Program-made: the position numbers and the translations under genes
IMG/VR virus record: IMGVR_UViG_3300032335_001233
Span: 32,001-96,000 of that record
Reading direction: 5' to 3' (one strand)
Source of the DNA: a virus
Lineage: Duplodnaviria; Caudoviricetes
DNA: 64,000 bases
In this document: piece by piece, positions 18,106-27,944 of the stretch
Position numbering within the stretch: the first letter of the stretch is position 1
Layout of the letters: each line of letters begins with the position of its first letter
The notes under the pieces: model-generated
What the model was told of the DNA's origin: nothing
Databases searched by the model: none
Seen by the model: only the letters and a program-made list of their open reading frames with translations

Positions 18106-19032
18106 ATGACCAGTCAGATCAACCCCAACAACATTGACGGAACCTATCCCATTGCTGGGCAGGACAACAACACTCAAGGTTTTCGGGACAACTTTACCAA
18201 TACCAAAACCAACTTTCAATTTGCGTCAGAAGAGATCACAGACCTTCAAAACAAAGCTGTGCTCAAGGCTGCGCTCACTGGCGGTGTTCTAGACAACAAT
18301 CTCAACGATGCGCTGTTGTACGCTGCATCAATTCAGGATTTTGCTGCCACCAGAGTGGCCTTGGCCAACACTGTGAATCCCACCATTAACTACGCTGCCG
18401 GACACTATCAAACAGTGACTCCCACTGCGGCGTTCAGTTTCACAGTCACAAACTGGCCAGCAGCTGGTTACACTGGCTTGTTGCGACTGCAAATCACCAT
18501 TACCAACACTGCTTACACTGTGACCTTCCCGGGTGCAGTGAGTGTGAACACCACAGGCATCCAAGGCTGGGCCAGCAATGTTGTGACGTTTGATGCCACT
18601 GGTGTGTATGAGTTTGCACTGCTGACCAGCAACGGCGGCAGCACAGTATCAGTATTTGATCTCAGTAGACCTCTCTTGGGCAGTCCAGCGGCTGCTGTGG
18701 GCTATGCCACTGGCACTGGTGGAACTGTTACTCAAGCCACCAACAAATCAACTGGGGTAACACTGAACAAACGTTGCGGACAGATCACCATGAACGGTGC
18801 TGCACTGGCGGCTGCTGCAGAGGTCAGCTTTACATTTACCAATAGTTTTATTGCTGCTACTGATGTGGTGATTACTGCTATCTGTTCAGGTGCAACTGCT
18901 GGCGCATACAACACTCACGTTGATGCAATTGCTAACGGTAGTTGTAGAATTAGTATAACCAACTTTTCGTCTGGTTCGCTGTCAGAAGCTATTGTGCTCA
19001 ACTTTGCTGTGATCAAGAGCGTGAATGCATAA
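18106..19032 (+). CDS. Tail-fibre-like structural protein
   Basis: YPIAGQDN..QGFRDNF N-terminus; Thr/Ala/Gly-rich beta character. Confidence 0.7.
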   Translation: MTSQINPNNIDGTYPIAGQDNNTQGFRDNFTNTKTNFQFASEEITDLQNKAVLKAALTGGVLDNNLNDALLYAASIQDFAATRVALANTVNPTINYAAGHYQTVTPTAAFSFTVTNWPAAGYTGLLRLQITITNTAYTVTFPGAVSVNTTGIQGWASNVVTFDATGVYEFALLTSNGGSTVSVFDLSRPLLGSPAAAVGYATGTGGTVTQATNKSTGVTLNKRCGQITMNGAALAAAAEVSFTFTNSFIAATDVVITAICSGATAGAYNTHVDAIANGSCRISITNFSSGSLSEAIVLNFAVIKSVNA

Positions 19033-19045
19033 TTGTTGACCAGTA

Positions 19046-19693
19046 CTATTGATAAACATAAAACGTATTTAACTTGACTTCAACCTCGGCCTCGTGCAGT
19101 CTGTCAGAGGCCGAGGTAACCCAGGCTGGACAGTCAAACAAAAAATTATTATGGTGGCACCAACCTTGAATGTGCTCGATACTGTTATAATTAGCAACTA
19201 GATTTGTAAAACTTGGTTTTAGTTCTACTATGTCAGAGAACTCAAGATTTACCACACAAGGATGTGACACGGGATCAAACGGAATCAAATAATTCTTGGC
19301 AGTTTCTCGTTCTTTGTCAATTCTATCCTGTCCCTGTACTGAGAGCCAAGGTTCACTGTTGCTGTAGTAAAAGTGATAGGCTCGCAGCCATCGATAGAGA
19401 CGACTACGGTGAGTGGATGTGGTTATATTGATCACTTGATTAAATTTATCAAGCGGCAAATGACCGGGCCAGTTGTGCGTTCCCAGGTACCATTGATTAG
19501 GGAACCTGGAAATTTTTTTCATGAACTGAGCAACATCGTAATCAACCAGCACAGAGTCTGAATCGCCCATTTTTCCAAGATTATGGTGCGGGCTTGCAAC
19601 TCCACCGTTATAGCCCAATGGACTTTGTGTGTTATTTAAAATATCACACAATAGCCCGCCACAAGTATAGTGTGGAAAACAAACCAAGTTCAT
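19046..19693 (-). CDS. Hypothetical protein, divergent sulfotransferase/P-loop-like N-terminus
   Basis: LVCFPHYTCGGLLCDIL start; AT-rich. Confidence 0.5.
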   Translation of the reverse strand: MNLVCFPHYTCGGLLCDILNNTQSPLGYNGGVASPHHNLGKMGDSDSVLVDYDVAQFMKKISRFPNQWYLGTHNWPGHLPLDKFNQVINITTSTHRSRLYRWLRAYHFYYSNSEPWLSVQGQDRIDKERETAKNYLIPFDPVSHPCVVNLEFSDIVELKPSFTNLVANYNSIEHIQGWCHHNNFLFDCPAWVTSASDRLHEAEVEVKLNTFYVYQ

Positions 19694-19705
19694 GCTTGAT
19701 AACTG

Positions 19706-20728
19706 TCAGTACTTATATATTGCGTTGGGGCCACGTCCAGGCCAGTAATCCACGCAAGGTCCATCCCTTGAAATGTCCACAGTCAAACAGTGCAAGCCGC
19801 CGTCCCAGAACCCTCGGCATCTAAAATCAATCACATGTACTGTGAAACCTAGATTTTCTAGTTGTCTACATACGTCGTCGTCCTCAACAATACAACAGAT
19901 GTTACGTTCATCAATGACCAACATGTTGACTTCAAACACTGTTTCGGCGCTGTTACCAATCCAATGTTCAGCATAATCAACTATACTGTCATTAAAAATT
20001 TGAAGATCTACTCCCGGAACCCACCATCGACCGTTGTATCCGTTGTGTTTTCGTTTAACGGTGGAATTGTTGAGTGTCCAAGTTGACCAGCCTGGAAATG
20101 TACGACTGTAGTCACTGCAATAATGCGAAGTAAAAATTTTCTGGGGCGCCACAGGGCAAAAAACCCCATCACTGTGGTCTCCAGTGTGGGTCACATGCAC
20201 TCTATAAGATTTGGCCAGTTCCTGACAGGCTTGATTTGCAAAGGAGGCACCTGAAGACCGAAAATCATAATCTATAAACAGGTCTCTTCCAACTCTTACT
20301 GTGCTGGGGAAGTTTAGATAGCACATAGGATCAGGCCTACTTCTGTCAAGAATTTTACAATCTAATCCAGCAGATCTATATGTGTTAACAATGTTGTCAA
20401 AACCAGTTACTTGATTTTCATATTGTGGAATCACATACAAAGTGTCATTCAAGGTCATGGCCCAGTCTCTAGGAGTTATAGGCGGTTTGACTAAATTACC
20501 TTGATAATCTCGAAATTTATCTTCTAGATCAAATTTTGGTCTTTGTACGTTGATTCCTAGACTTTGCAATTTGTGTTGAAACTTGTCAAGATCATGCTTG
20601 GTCATCTCTGTAATTTTGCAAAATAGATCTTCTACCCTATTAGGGAATGTTGAATACCAGGATGCTGGATAACAATCGCCTAACCAAACTTCGCGCAAAG
20701 TTTGAAAACCAGTATGACTTTTAATCAT
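19706..20728 (-). CDS. Amidinotransferase (glycine/inosamine-phosphate amidinotransferase family)
   Basis: LREVWLG, PRDW, HSDG, FEVNML and FWDGGLHCLT (Cys-His-Asp pentein motifs). Confidence 0.85.
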   Translation of the reverse strand: MIKSHTGFQTLREVWLGDCYPASWYSTFPNRVEDLFCKITEMTKHDLDKFQHKLQSLGINVQRPKFDLEDKFRDYQGNLVKPPITPRDWAMTLNDTLYVIPQYENQVTGFDNIVNTYRSAGLDCKILDRSRPDPMCYLNFPSTVRVGRDLFIDYDFRSSGASFANQACQELAKSYRVHVTHTGDHSDGVFCPVAPQKIFTSHYCSDYSRTFPGWSTWTLNNSTVKRKHNGYNGRWWVPGVDLQIFNDSIVDYAEHWIGNSAETVFEVNMLVIDERNICCIVEDDDVCRQLENLGFTVHVIDFRCRGFWDGGLHCLTVDISRDGPCVDYWPGRGPNAIYKY

Positions 20729-22176
20729 GATGTTTTGATCTTGCCCAGCAGTTGTTTTAGCTTGTTGCTTTGAACGTCAGCTGACACTTTGTTTGTGTCA
20801 GCTGCGGGTTTTTCCCAAGCTGGAGTTCCTGTGGCACGTTCCCATTTTGGTGTAGCATCGTCAGTGTCATTGGATGAGTTAACCGAGCTTTTTGCCTTGA
20901 TTGAGTCATAGATACTGGGTTTCTTGAATGCAGAGTTTTCGCCTTCGTCGCCGCCGGCATCAGTAATACGCATGGTTTCAATGTTGTACTCCAAATCAAT
21001 TTTTTGACCAACGCCGGTCGAGCTTCGAGATTTCATACACTGTATTTGATACTTGCCACGTTCTTTCATGGCGCGACTAGTAAAGATACCAAACACATTG
21101 TCAGCAGTGTTGATTTTAGAGATACCACCCGAAATGTGGCTGTGATCAAACTCAATCTCTTCTACTGCTGATCTATTCAACTGTGAAGCAGTGACCATGA
21201 GCATGCCCAGTTCCTTGGCCAAGTTGCGCAGTTCTTCACTCACATACTTGTCTTTCACAAACAAGTCATTGGGTGAAACCTTGGCTGATACTGGCATCAA
21301 GAGGTCAAGATAGTCCACCATGATAAAATCCACTCTGTGCCCGGTCTGTATTTGGTACTCTTTCAAAAACGCACGAATGTCATTGATGTTTGACTGTGCT
21401 GGCAACGCCTTGACGCGATAGCTGCCGGCCTTTTTGCCCACCAGTTTGATCTTGAGAGCTGCGGTTTCTTTGTCGCGACGTATGTCCTTGGTACTCATCT
21501 GTGTGAGCATGGCTGCTGTACGAAGACCTGTGAGTTCTTCGCTGAGTTCTAGAGTGATGTACACACCATGTAGCCCTTGTTGTACCCAGTTCAAGGCAAT
21601 GTTCATCATCACAAGGCTTTTGCCTGAGCCAGACCCGCCTGCAAAAATGTTGAGTTCGCCTCGACTGAATCCACCATACAACAATCGATCCAGTTGCGAC
21701 CAACCCGTTGAGACTTGTCCGCCTGCATCAAAGTATTTGGCAAACATGCCTTCAGGATCCAGCCAAAAATCTGTACCAAGGTCCTTGGTCAAACTGATCT
21801 GCACAGCATCCTTGATCAGTTTTTCCACAGGCTCAAACTCACCTTTCTCCAGCAGGTCTGCAGATTTAAGAATGGCTCGCTCCAGCTCTTGACGACGGGT
21901 AAATGCTTCAAACTCTTGCATGAACCAGTCATAGTGACCAGAGTTTAGATCTGGAACTGATTGCAAAACAACACCAGTGGCGGCTTTTATCTGTTGCAGG
22001 TCAGGCAAGGTTTTGAATTTGTCTGAGTGTTCCTGGAGGAATTTAGCAGCAGGTCTAAGACTGCGGTCAAAGTTCTCAGGATTGTAAATGTTCTGAACAC
22101 GCACATAGCTCTGTGCATCCTCCAACATCATTTCCAAGAACAAACGCTGCACATCAATGCTGTAGTCTTTTAACAA
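20725..22176 (-). CDS. Replicative DNA helicase (DnaB/T4 gp41-like)
   Basis: GGSGSGKS, ITLELSE, VDYLDL, TASQLNR, KSR. Confidence 0.93.
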   Translation of the reverse strand: MLKDYSIDVQRLFLEMMLEDAQSYVRVQNIYNPENFDRSLRPAAKFLQEHSDKFKTLPDLQQIKAATGVVLQSVPDLNSGHYDWFMQEFEAFTRRQELERAILKSADLLEKGEFEPVEKLIKDAVQISLTKDLGTDFWLDPEGMFAKYFDAGGQVSTGWSQLDRLLYGGFSRGELNIFAGGSGSGKSLVMMNIALNWVQQGLHGVYITLELSEELTGLRTAAMLTQMSTKDIRRDKETAALKIKLVGKKAGSYRVKALPAQSNINDIRAFLKEYQIQTGHRVDFIMVDYLDLLMPVSAKVSPNDLFVKDKYVSEELRNLAKELGMLMVTASQLNRSAVEEIEFDHSHISGGISKINTADNVFGIFTSRAMKERGKYQIQCMKSRSSTGVGQKIDLEYNIETMRITDAGGDEGENSAFKKPSIYDSIKAKSSVNSSNDTDDATPKWERATGTPAWEKPAADTNKVSADVQSNKLKQLLGKIKTS

Positions 22177-23140
22177 TTTGCTTCTTCCTCAATTCAATCT
22201 TGACTCGGCTGGTTTCTCGAGCCTGGTGAATAGTTAGCACGGTTCCCACCACGCCATATTTCTTCACAGCATCGTTGACATCTTTGATGTCAGCACCCCA
22301 GTCGGGCATGCTCACTGCCCAGCCCAGGGCCACAGCACGATCTACTAGACTCATGCCAGCTGTGTCTTGATCCGGGACCACAGTGATTTCTCGATCCAGG
22401 CTGCGAATCATGCGTGCCTGTGCATCTGAGATGTCGTTGTGCATCACAGCCACTCCATTGATCGATAGTGCATCAAAAATGCCTTCCATGACCAAGACTC
22501 GTGTCCAGTCTGGCTGTTGCAGATCTATACCAAACACATACCCCGGGGGGCTGTGTGAAATATAACGTGGTTGACGATGGTCCAAAAACCTTGCAGTCCA
22601 GCCCACAATGTGGTTGTCATGTGTGAACGGGATGATCACATGTGGCCTGACCCAATGGACGCCGTCATTCTGAATCTGTGTCATGGCCGGAAAGTCTTCC
22701 GGAACTCCGCGACTGCGAAGATAATTCCAGTAATGTTCATGTTCTGGGTGCACCAGTTCAGCACAGGGCGGAAGTTCGGCCTCTTCAAACGCAATGTTCA
22801 ACAACTGCTGTTCTACCCGTCGACGATCATCCAAGATGCCTATGACGCTGCGCTGACGCAGGCTTTCAAGATTGATGCGCTCAATTTCCAAATTGTCCAA
22901 GCCCAACCAACCCAACAATCTGCGAGCTCGAAAACTGAGGTTTCGCCCCAGCTGAAACGATGCTGTATATCCACAATTGAAGCAATGATAGCTCCAACCA
23001 CCATCCCAGCTTTTGACACCACCACGTTGACGACGATCTGGCTTGTCACCATTGTGCTCACAACACACAGCATTGAAACTGAGCCAGCCCGACGGTGTAG
23101 TTCTACGTCGGGCTGGCAAATAGTCAAGGATGTCAAGCAT
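22154..23140 (-). CDS. DNA primase (Zn finger + TOPRIM)
   Basis: CCEH...HCFNCG; MEGIFDA; PDQD..G; KDVND. Confidence 0.88.
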   Translation of the reverse strand: MLDILDYLPARRRTTPSGWLSFNAVCCEHNGDKPDRRQRGGVKSWDGGWSYHCFNCGYTASFQLGRNLSFRARRLLGWLGLDNLEIERINLESLRQRSVIGILDDRRRVEQQLLNIAFEEAELPPCAELVHPEHEHYWNYLRSRGVPEDFPAMTQIQNDGVHWVRPHVIIPFTHDNHIVGWTARFLDHRQPRYISHSPPGYVFGIDLQQPDWTRVLVMEGIFDALSINGVAVMHNDISDAQARMIRSLDREITVVPDQDTAGMSLVDRAVALGWAVSMPDWGADIKDVNDAVKKYGVVGTVLTIHQARETSRVKIELRKKQIVKRLQH

Positions 23141-23146
23141 TGCTAT

Positions 23147-23175
23147 AGTTTAGCACCTTTGGCCAAGCAATGCAA
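23147..23175 (-). promoter_or_regulatory. sigma70-like promoter directly abutting the primase start
   Basis: TTGCAT-17-TAAACT with TGn; ATG 6 nt downstream. Confidence 0.55.
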
Positions 23176-23178
23176 CTG

Positions 23179-24249
23179 TTATCGGTACAGTATGTTTTCA
23201 ATCTTGCCGTTTGAAAACACTACAGTGGCCGCGGTTGAACCTTGAAACTGCAAGGGCACATATCCCGAACCACCGTTTGTGACAGTGACCAAACTCACTG
23301 TGCCACCAGGGTTTACAGTGGCCACAGCTTCGGCACCAGCACCGTTGCCCAAGATTTGAACATAGGGTGCAGCCACATAGTATTGGCCTAGATTGTTCAA
23401 GGTAATGCCAGTGACCACACCATTAGTGACCTGCACATTGCCTGTGGCTCCATAGCCCACGCTGTTGTTTAGTGCCAATCTCAACAAGGGATGGTAGCCC
23501 AACACGGTAAAATAATCAGTCATGGTGTCATCAAAATACTCGCGACATTCTGAAACATCATACCAAACTGACTCGTAGTTTTCAGCAGCTTGTATTTTGA
23601 CTGTACCAGTGTAGTGCACTAGATCAAACTTTATGGTTGTGACAGACCCACCACGAGTGGGCATGTAGCTGCTGTAGAATTCAGTTTCCTGAATGGAGTT
23701 GATGGGCTGTGGATTCAAGGCCCAGTCTGGCCAGCCTGTGGGCGCTGTGCCCACATACTGATTTTTGCCGTACATGTCAGGCACTGTGCATTCAGCACTG
23801 GGCACAAAAGCCGGAAACACCGAATCCACAATGTTGACATCAGCTCGTGCACCCGAGTTGTCGTCCACAAACGCTGCCTGCACATAGTTACCGGCTGTGC
23901 GCTGAATACTGTAGCTGGCAGGCTGACCCTGAATGTCTATGGTGTCAGCTGAGTTCAGCACCACCTTGACTCGTCCAGTGCTGGCGCTGAGTATGTCCAT
24001 GTCTTTTTCCAGCAGCAGTCGGTCTCCGTTTTGTGTGATCACACGGAAACGAAACGTGCTGCCAGTGATGTTCACAGGCTTTTGGTCTTGATTGACAAAT
24101 TCAAACAGCAGGACATTGTCCACGCCTTTGTTGATGGTTAAAGTTTTTGCATACACAGGGTCGTACCTCGCGGTGAAATAGCCACCACTGGTGTCAATCA
24201 ATAAAATTCTGGTCAGCTGTTGATATAAGTACGCAGTGGTAGAATACAT
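23179..24249 (-). CDS. Virion structural protein (BppU-like N-terminus, fibre-type C-terminal repeat)
   Basis: NQDQKPVNITG; G.GA.A.A...G.V....VTNGGSGY; TAAATA upstream. Confidence 0.65.
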   Translation of the reverse strand: MYSTTAYLYQQLTRILLIDTSGGYFTARYDPVYAKTLTINKGVDNVLLFEFVNQDQKPVNITGSTFRFRVITQNGDRLLLEKDMDILSASTGRVKVVLNSADTIDIQGQPASYSIQRTAGNYVQAAFVDDNSGARADVNIVDSVFPAFVPSAECTVPDMYGKNQYVGTAPTGWPDWALNPQPINSIQETEFYSSYMPTRGGSVTTIKFDLVHYTGTVKIQAAENYESVWYDVSECREYFDDTMTDYFTVLGYHPLLRLALNNSVGYGATGNVQVTNGVVTGITLNNLGQYYVAAPYVQILGNGAGAEAVATVNPGGTVSLVTVTNGGSGYVPLQFQGSTAATVVFSNGKIENILYR

Positions 24250-24269
24250 GGCATCCTCAACTGGTATTT

Positions 24270-24647
24270 ATGGGCAACACACTATTTGAAAAACTGACAG
24301 AAAAATATCCCTTCATCACGCTGTGCGTGTACGCCAACCAAGAATACGTGGGCATTGTACAGAATCGTGACGACATGGTGACCACCATCTACGATTTTGG
24401 TGCCATAGTGGATCACCAAGAAAAAATTGTGTATCTTGATCTTGCAGCACAGTGGTGGTGGGAAAGCAATCGATCAATACCCATAAACATCTTTCTCAAG
24501 CAAGACTGGGAACAATTCCGCCATACTCTACGCACTTTTAACAACCGTGATCTTGAAATCTTGCATGGTCCTACCTGTAGTTTGCTGGATCTTGTGCGCA
24601 AAAAAGGCAAGCGTCGCAGTATTACTCTTGTGCGCCGGATTGATTGA
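24270..24647 (+). CDS. Conserved phage hypothetical protein
   Basis: 125-aa ORF filling the gap; WWWESNR.IPINIFL. Confidence 0.7.
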   Translation: MGNTLFEKLTEKYPFITLCVYANQEYVGIVQNRDDMVTTIYDFGAIVDHQEKIVYLDLAAQWWWESNRSIPINIFLKQDWEQFRHTLRTFNNRDLEILHGPTCSLLDLVRKKGKRRSITLVRRID

Positions 24648-25191
24648 GTAAATTCATGTGTAAAGCCACCAATGCAGCATAAGAAATTGCATGTGCTTTT
24701 TTGAACGTATAGCCTCGACTGGTGTCACCATCCCATACTGATGCAAACACTTCGGGCCAAGGCCGTCGCTGTAGGTGTGCTTTTCCTGGACGAATAATCG
24801 ATATAAAAGCTGCCAGACGCGGTATGTTGTCTGGCTTCATTTCTTTCAGCAAATCATAATAGTTGCCCACGTGTGCCAACTGGCTGACCCATTGAGCGTC
24901 GGTCCACAGTCGACTCCAGGGCGGCGTTGCTGCCAGCATGTCTTCATAGTGTTCAGGTGTTTGAATCAGGCTGTACACACTCATGTTCAAAAAATCCAGT
25001 TTGAAATAGCCACGAGTTTCTGCTGTTTCATAGTCTAGGGCTGCACACTGATTCACAGGATCCCACGGAATGTCTGTGACATACACACCTGTCAAATGTC
25101 GCCGGCCATCGCTTAGTCGTGCAGGGGTATGCTGTATCAAATTCAACACAGCACTACGATCAGCAAAGTCCAAGTCAATATCTGCGCTCAT
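24622..25191 (-). CDS. Miniature DnaE (Pol III alpha)-like catalytic fragment
   Basis: ADIDLDF, H.TGVYV, GYFKLDFL, IIRPGK and YTFKKAHAISYA in 189 aa. Confidence 0.85.
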   Translation of the reverse strand: MSADIDLDFADRSAVLNLIQHTPARLSDGRRHLTGVYVTDIPWDPVNQCAALDYETAETRGYFKLDFLNMSVYSLIQTPEHYEDMLAATPPWSRLWTDAQWVSQLAHVGNYYDLLKEMKPDNIPRLAAFISIIRPGKAHLQRRPWPEVFASVWDGDTSRGYTFKKAHAISYAALVALHMNLLNQSGAQE

Positions 25192-25535
25192 TGAGTTTCC
25201 GCCAAAGACACCACAATTTTAACTTGTTCTTCGGCTCGATGCAAGGCCAACAAGGCATCTGCCACAGTGGGATGTTTGGCAGCCAAGGCTTTTATACGTT
25301 CATCCTCTACCATTCGGTTCTGTGCCCATTGTATAATTTCTCTAGTCTCGTTGTCTAGTTCAATTTGCGGATAGCTGGATGTCATAGGCAGCCAGGATGC
25401 TCCATCATACACTTCAATATTGTTGCCGTTGTACCGCACCATACCAGCACTGGGTCGACTCATGTCTACGTAAGGTGAATTGTACACATTGCCTATGATG
25501 TGTATACCTGCACCACCTGTGATATTTCTAATCAT
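25188..25535 (-). CDS. Hypothetical protein
   Basis: Coupled ORF within the operon. Confidence 0.6.
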   Translation of the reverse strand: MIRNITGGAGIHIIGNVYNSPYVDMSRPSAGMVRYNGNNIEVYDGASWLPMTSSYPQIELDNETREIIQWAQNRMVEDERIKALAAKHPTVADALLALHRAEEQVKIVVSLAETQ

Positions 25536-25536
25536 G

Positions 25537-26211
25537 TTACCATCCTGCTTGTTTTAAAATTTCTTTGGCATACTCTTGGTCTGCAGAATAATCTGCAAAT
25601 CTCTTTTGCCAAACATCAGAATCAATGTAGGGCCAGATCATGGCCAATTGCTCACTGTTGATATCGCTCAAAAACTTTTGTCCTGATTCACTGTTGTAAA
25701 TTACCCAAGGAGAAATTCTTCCGGCAGTGATGTCATAACACACAGCATTGTGGTTGCCGTAGCGCAACATGTCATGAGCCGGGTGACCAGTGCGTTCCTG
25801 CCAAGTCATGCTGTGCTCTACTGCTCGTGCCAGGGCATCTTGCACAGCTTCTAAACGCAGATACTCCATAAGATAGTCAGTATAGAACTGGTCCGAACTC
25901 CAACGATCAATCTTTTTTTGATTGCGCAACAACCAGGTCATAAACTGTGTGGGGTTGATCACTCGGGTGTTTACACAGTACCGCCCCCACTTCACAAATG
26001 CACGATAGTATGGCGACTCAGCAAAGTCCTCAAAAGTCTTGAGCCGGGCCGAACCTTGCATGGTTTCGTAAAATTTGAGATAGGCCTGCAAGCCCAACTG
26101 TACACCACGCTCACTTTGTTCCAGTCGTCTACGCTTGGGTTCACACATGTGAACTGCCGCAGACGACTCTTTCATAAAGGTCTTTTTGCAAAATTCACAA
26201 GTGTAGCTCAT
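25537..26211 (-). CDS. Zn-finger protein, conserved hypothetical
   Basis: CEFC...H.C at the N-terminus. Confidence 0.65.
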   Translation of the reverse strand: MSYTCEFCKKTFMKESSAAVHMCEPKRRRLEQSERGVQLGLQAYLKFYETMQGSARLKTFEDFAESPYYRAFVKWGRYCVNTRVINPTQFMTWLLRNQKKIDRWSSDQFYTDYLMEYLRLEAVQDALARAVEHSMTWQERTGHPAHDMLRYGNHNAVCYDITAGRISPWVIYNSESGQKFLSDINSEQLAMIWPYIDSDVWQKRFADYSADQEYAKEILKQAGW

Positions 26212-26918
26212 CTTAATAGGTTACGATGTTTGATGTAGTCTGTTAAAAATTCATTTAGCTTTTCATGGTGCCCGGGCATGCGATGTCGATATTGTAGCGG
26301 CGGAGGATAGTCATTCATGATCACACTTTCTGGCACCTGTTGTTCCATTTGCCAGGGTATGCTGGCCCAGCGATAACGATTCACAAACACCATGTCATCA
26401 CCAAACAAATCCAGTCGAGCATGGTCCAGAAGTTCACCAACGTCATCGTTGACTTGACGAAATACCAGCAGTCGATGCCCGCGACTCTCTAACCAGTATC
26501 GCAAGGATACCAATCGATACATCAGGTCCTCCAGCAGGTCCACACTTCCGCATGCATGACCAGCAAAATTGAGATCAGCCCACTGTCGAGTTTTTTCTAA
26601 ATCCCATGGCCCAAGATATTTTTCTGTCAACTGTGATTGCGGATTACGCCAAGCACCTTCAAATTCAGGATTGTTCAAGGCCACTGGCAGTTCCCAGCGA
26701 TTGATAAACGTCATGCCCAGTACATACAATGTGGGATGAGTGTTGTTGGTGGCTGCATGCTTGGCTGTGGTACGAATAATTCTTGAATTTGAGCTGCCGC
26801 CCAGTGCAAGACTTTCACAGCTGGGCAGCCCTAACCGTTGGCAAAGATCATGGTGTCCGCTGCCCACAGCATATACTTCCATATAACTGCATCCATTGAC
26901 CACAAGATGTGCTATCAT
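26208..26918 (-). CDS. SGNH/GDSL-like hydrolase or acyltransferase
   Basis: VNGCSY, LALGGSSNSRI, C-terminal H..P..H. Confidence 0.6.
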   Translation of the reverse strand: MIAHLVVNGCSYMEVYAVGSGHHDLCQRLGLPSCESLALGGSSNSRIIRTTAKHAATNNTHPTLYVLGMTFINRWELPVALNNPEFEGAWRNPQSQLTEKYLGPWDLEKTRQWADLNFAGHACGSVDLLEDLMYRLVSLRYWLESRGHRLLVFRQVNDDVGELLDHARLDLFGDDMVFVNRYRWASIPWQMEQQVPESVIMNDYPPPLQYRHRMPGHHEKLNEFLTDYIKHRNLLR

Positions 26919-27364
26919 TTTTTATTGTCTCGACCCATTTGCCGATCGTGTTCGTCCAAGTCAGCGTCTGACACCACAGTCATCATGACATCAATCTCAT
27001 CATCGCGATAGTGTGGAAATATTTCCAACAATCGCCGACGTCGTGCTGATGCACCTGACTCTTTTTTCTTGGGCGCAATCCACACATGTCGTGGTGTGCC
27101 CATGCCCGGACTTGCTGCTGTGGCCATGAGCCATTGCAGTTTGGGATGTCGACTCATGGCAAAAAAGTGTCGATTCAAATAGTGATTGGTGCTCTGCACA
27201 TAATATTCTTGTAGTTCTTGACTGCCTTCAATGGCCGAGCCCCAACGCAACATCAAGAATGTGGAAAATTTCTTGCGTTCTTCCACAGTGAGTTCGTCAT
27301 AGAATCCACGATTCTTGCGATCCAACTGTCGCATTTCGTTGGCAATGTTTAGTTTGTCACTCAT
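26915..27364 (-). CDS. Possible clamp-loader small subunit (gp62-like)
   Basis: F.MLRW.S, N..F.....HPKLQW, WI..KK pattern; weak. Confidence 0.45.
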   Translation of the reverse strand: MSDKLNIANEMRQLDRKNRGFYDELTVEERKKFSTFLMLRWGSAIEGSQELQEYYVQSTNHYLNRHFFAMSRHPKLQWLMATAASPGMGTPRHVWIAPKKKESGASARRRRLLEIFPHYRDDEIDVMMTVVSDADLDEHDRQMGRDNKK

Positions 27365-27599
27365 GAGTTTTCTTTAGATTATACAACACAAACAACTGAT
27401 CCAGCAACTCACGCATGGCCGGATCCGTTTCGCACATGGCCAACACTTGATTTATTTCACTACGATATTCTCTCATGGCAATGCCTTCACTTTTTGTCCA
27501 ACCCACCAACTGCCGCTTGGTTTGACCCATTTTGCGAGCGTAGATACGATCGTCCACACGTTCGTAAACGTAGGTGGCACCTGGCTCAAGACTGCCCAT
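27357..27599 (-). CDS. Hypothetical protein
   Basis: Coupled ORF. Confidence 0.6.
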   Translation of the reverse strand: MGSLEPGATYVYERVDDRIYARKMGQTKRQLVGWTKSEGIAMREYRSEINQVLAMCETDPAMRELLDQLFVLYNLKKTHE

Positions 27600-27943
27600 T
27601 AGTGATTCCTCATGCCACCAAACACACAGTTGAATAGCATGTTTGAATCGCCATCGTTGATCACACGGTGAAATGCCCCATCTGGAATCAACACCACTGA
27701 CCCTGGGCCAACATTGAAGGGCTTGCTGTCTTCATTACCCACAATCATCTTGCCAAAGCCTTGCACAAATACATAAACTTCTTCTTGTCCCGGATGCCTG
27801 TGTCCTCGAGTCTGCTTGCCACGATACAATCGTGTGCTACTGACCACTAGATTGTTTAGTGCACGATTGTCTTTGACCAAATAAGTGTCATCATCCTTGA
27901 TGGTTTCTCCACCAATGTCGGTATTTGAATAATGTAGTTGCAT
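27599..27943 (-). CDS. Cupin-domain protein
   Basis: GHRH..QEEVY.F..G.G; IPDGAFHRV.N. Confidence 0.85.
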   Translation of the reverse strand: MQLHYSNTDIGGETIKDDDTYLVKDNRALNNLVVSSTRLYRGKQTRGHRHPGQEEVYVFVQGFGKMIVGNEDSKPFNVGPGSVVLIPDGAFHRVINDGDSNMLFNCVFGGMRNH

Positions 27944-27944
27944 A

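Noticed and set aside
22571-23245. Long plus-strand ORFs antisense to core genes (also 31980-32824, 40370-41080, 58038-60213 and others)
   Set aside because: Shadow frames of well-supported minus-strand genes, with no motifs or RBS.
24622-25191. dnaE pseudogene
   Set aside because: The deletions are internal, catalytic motifs are preserved and translational coupling is clean, which argues for a functional mini-gene.
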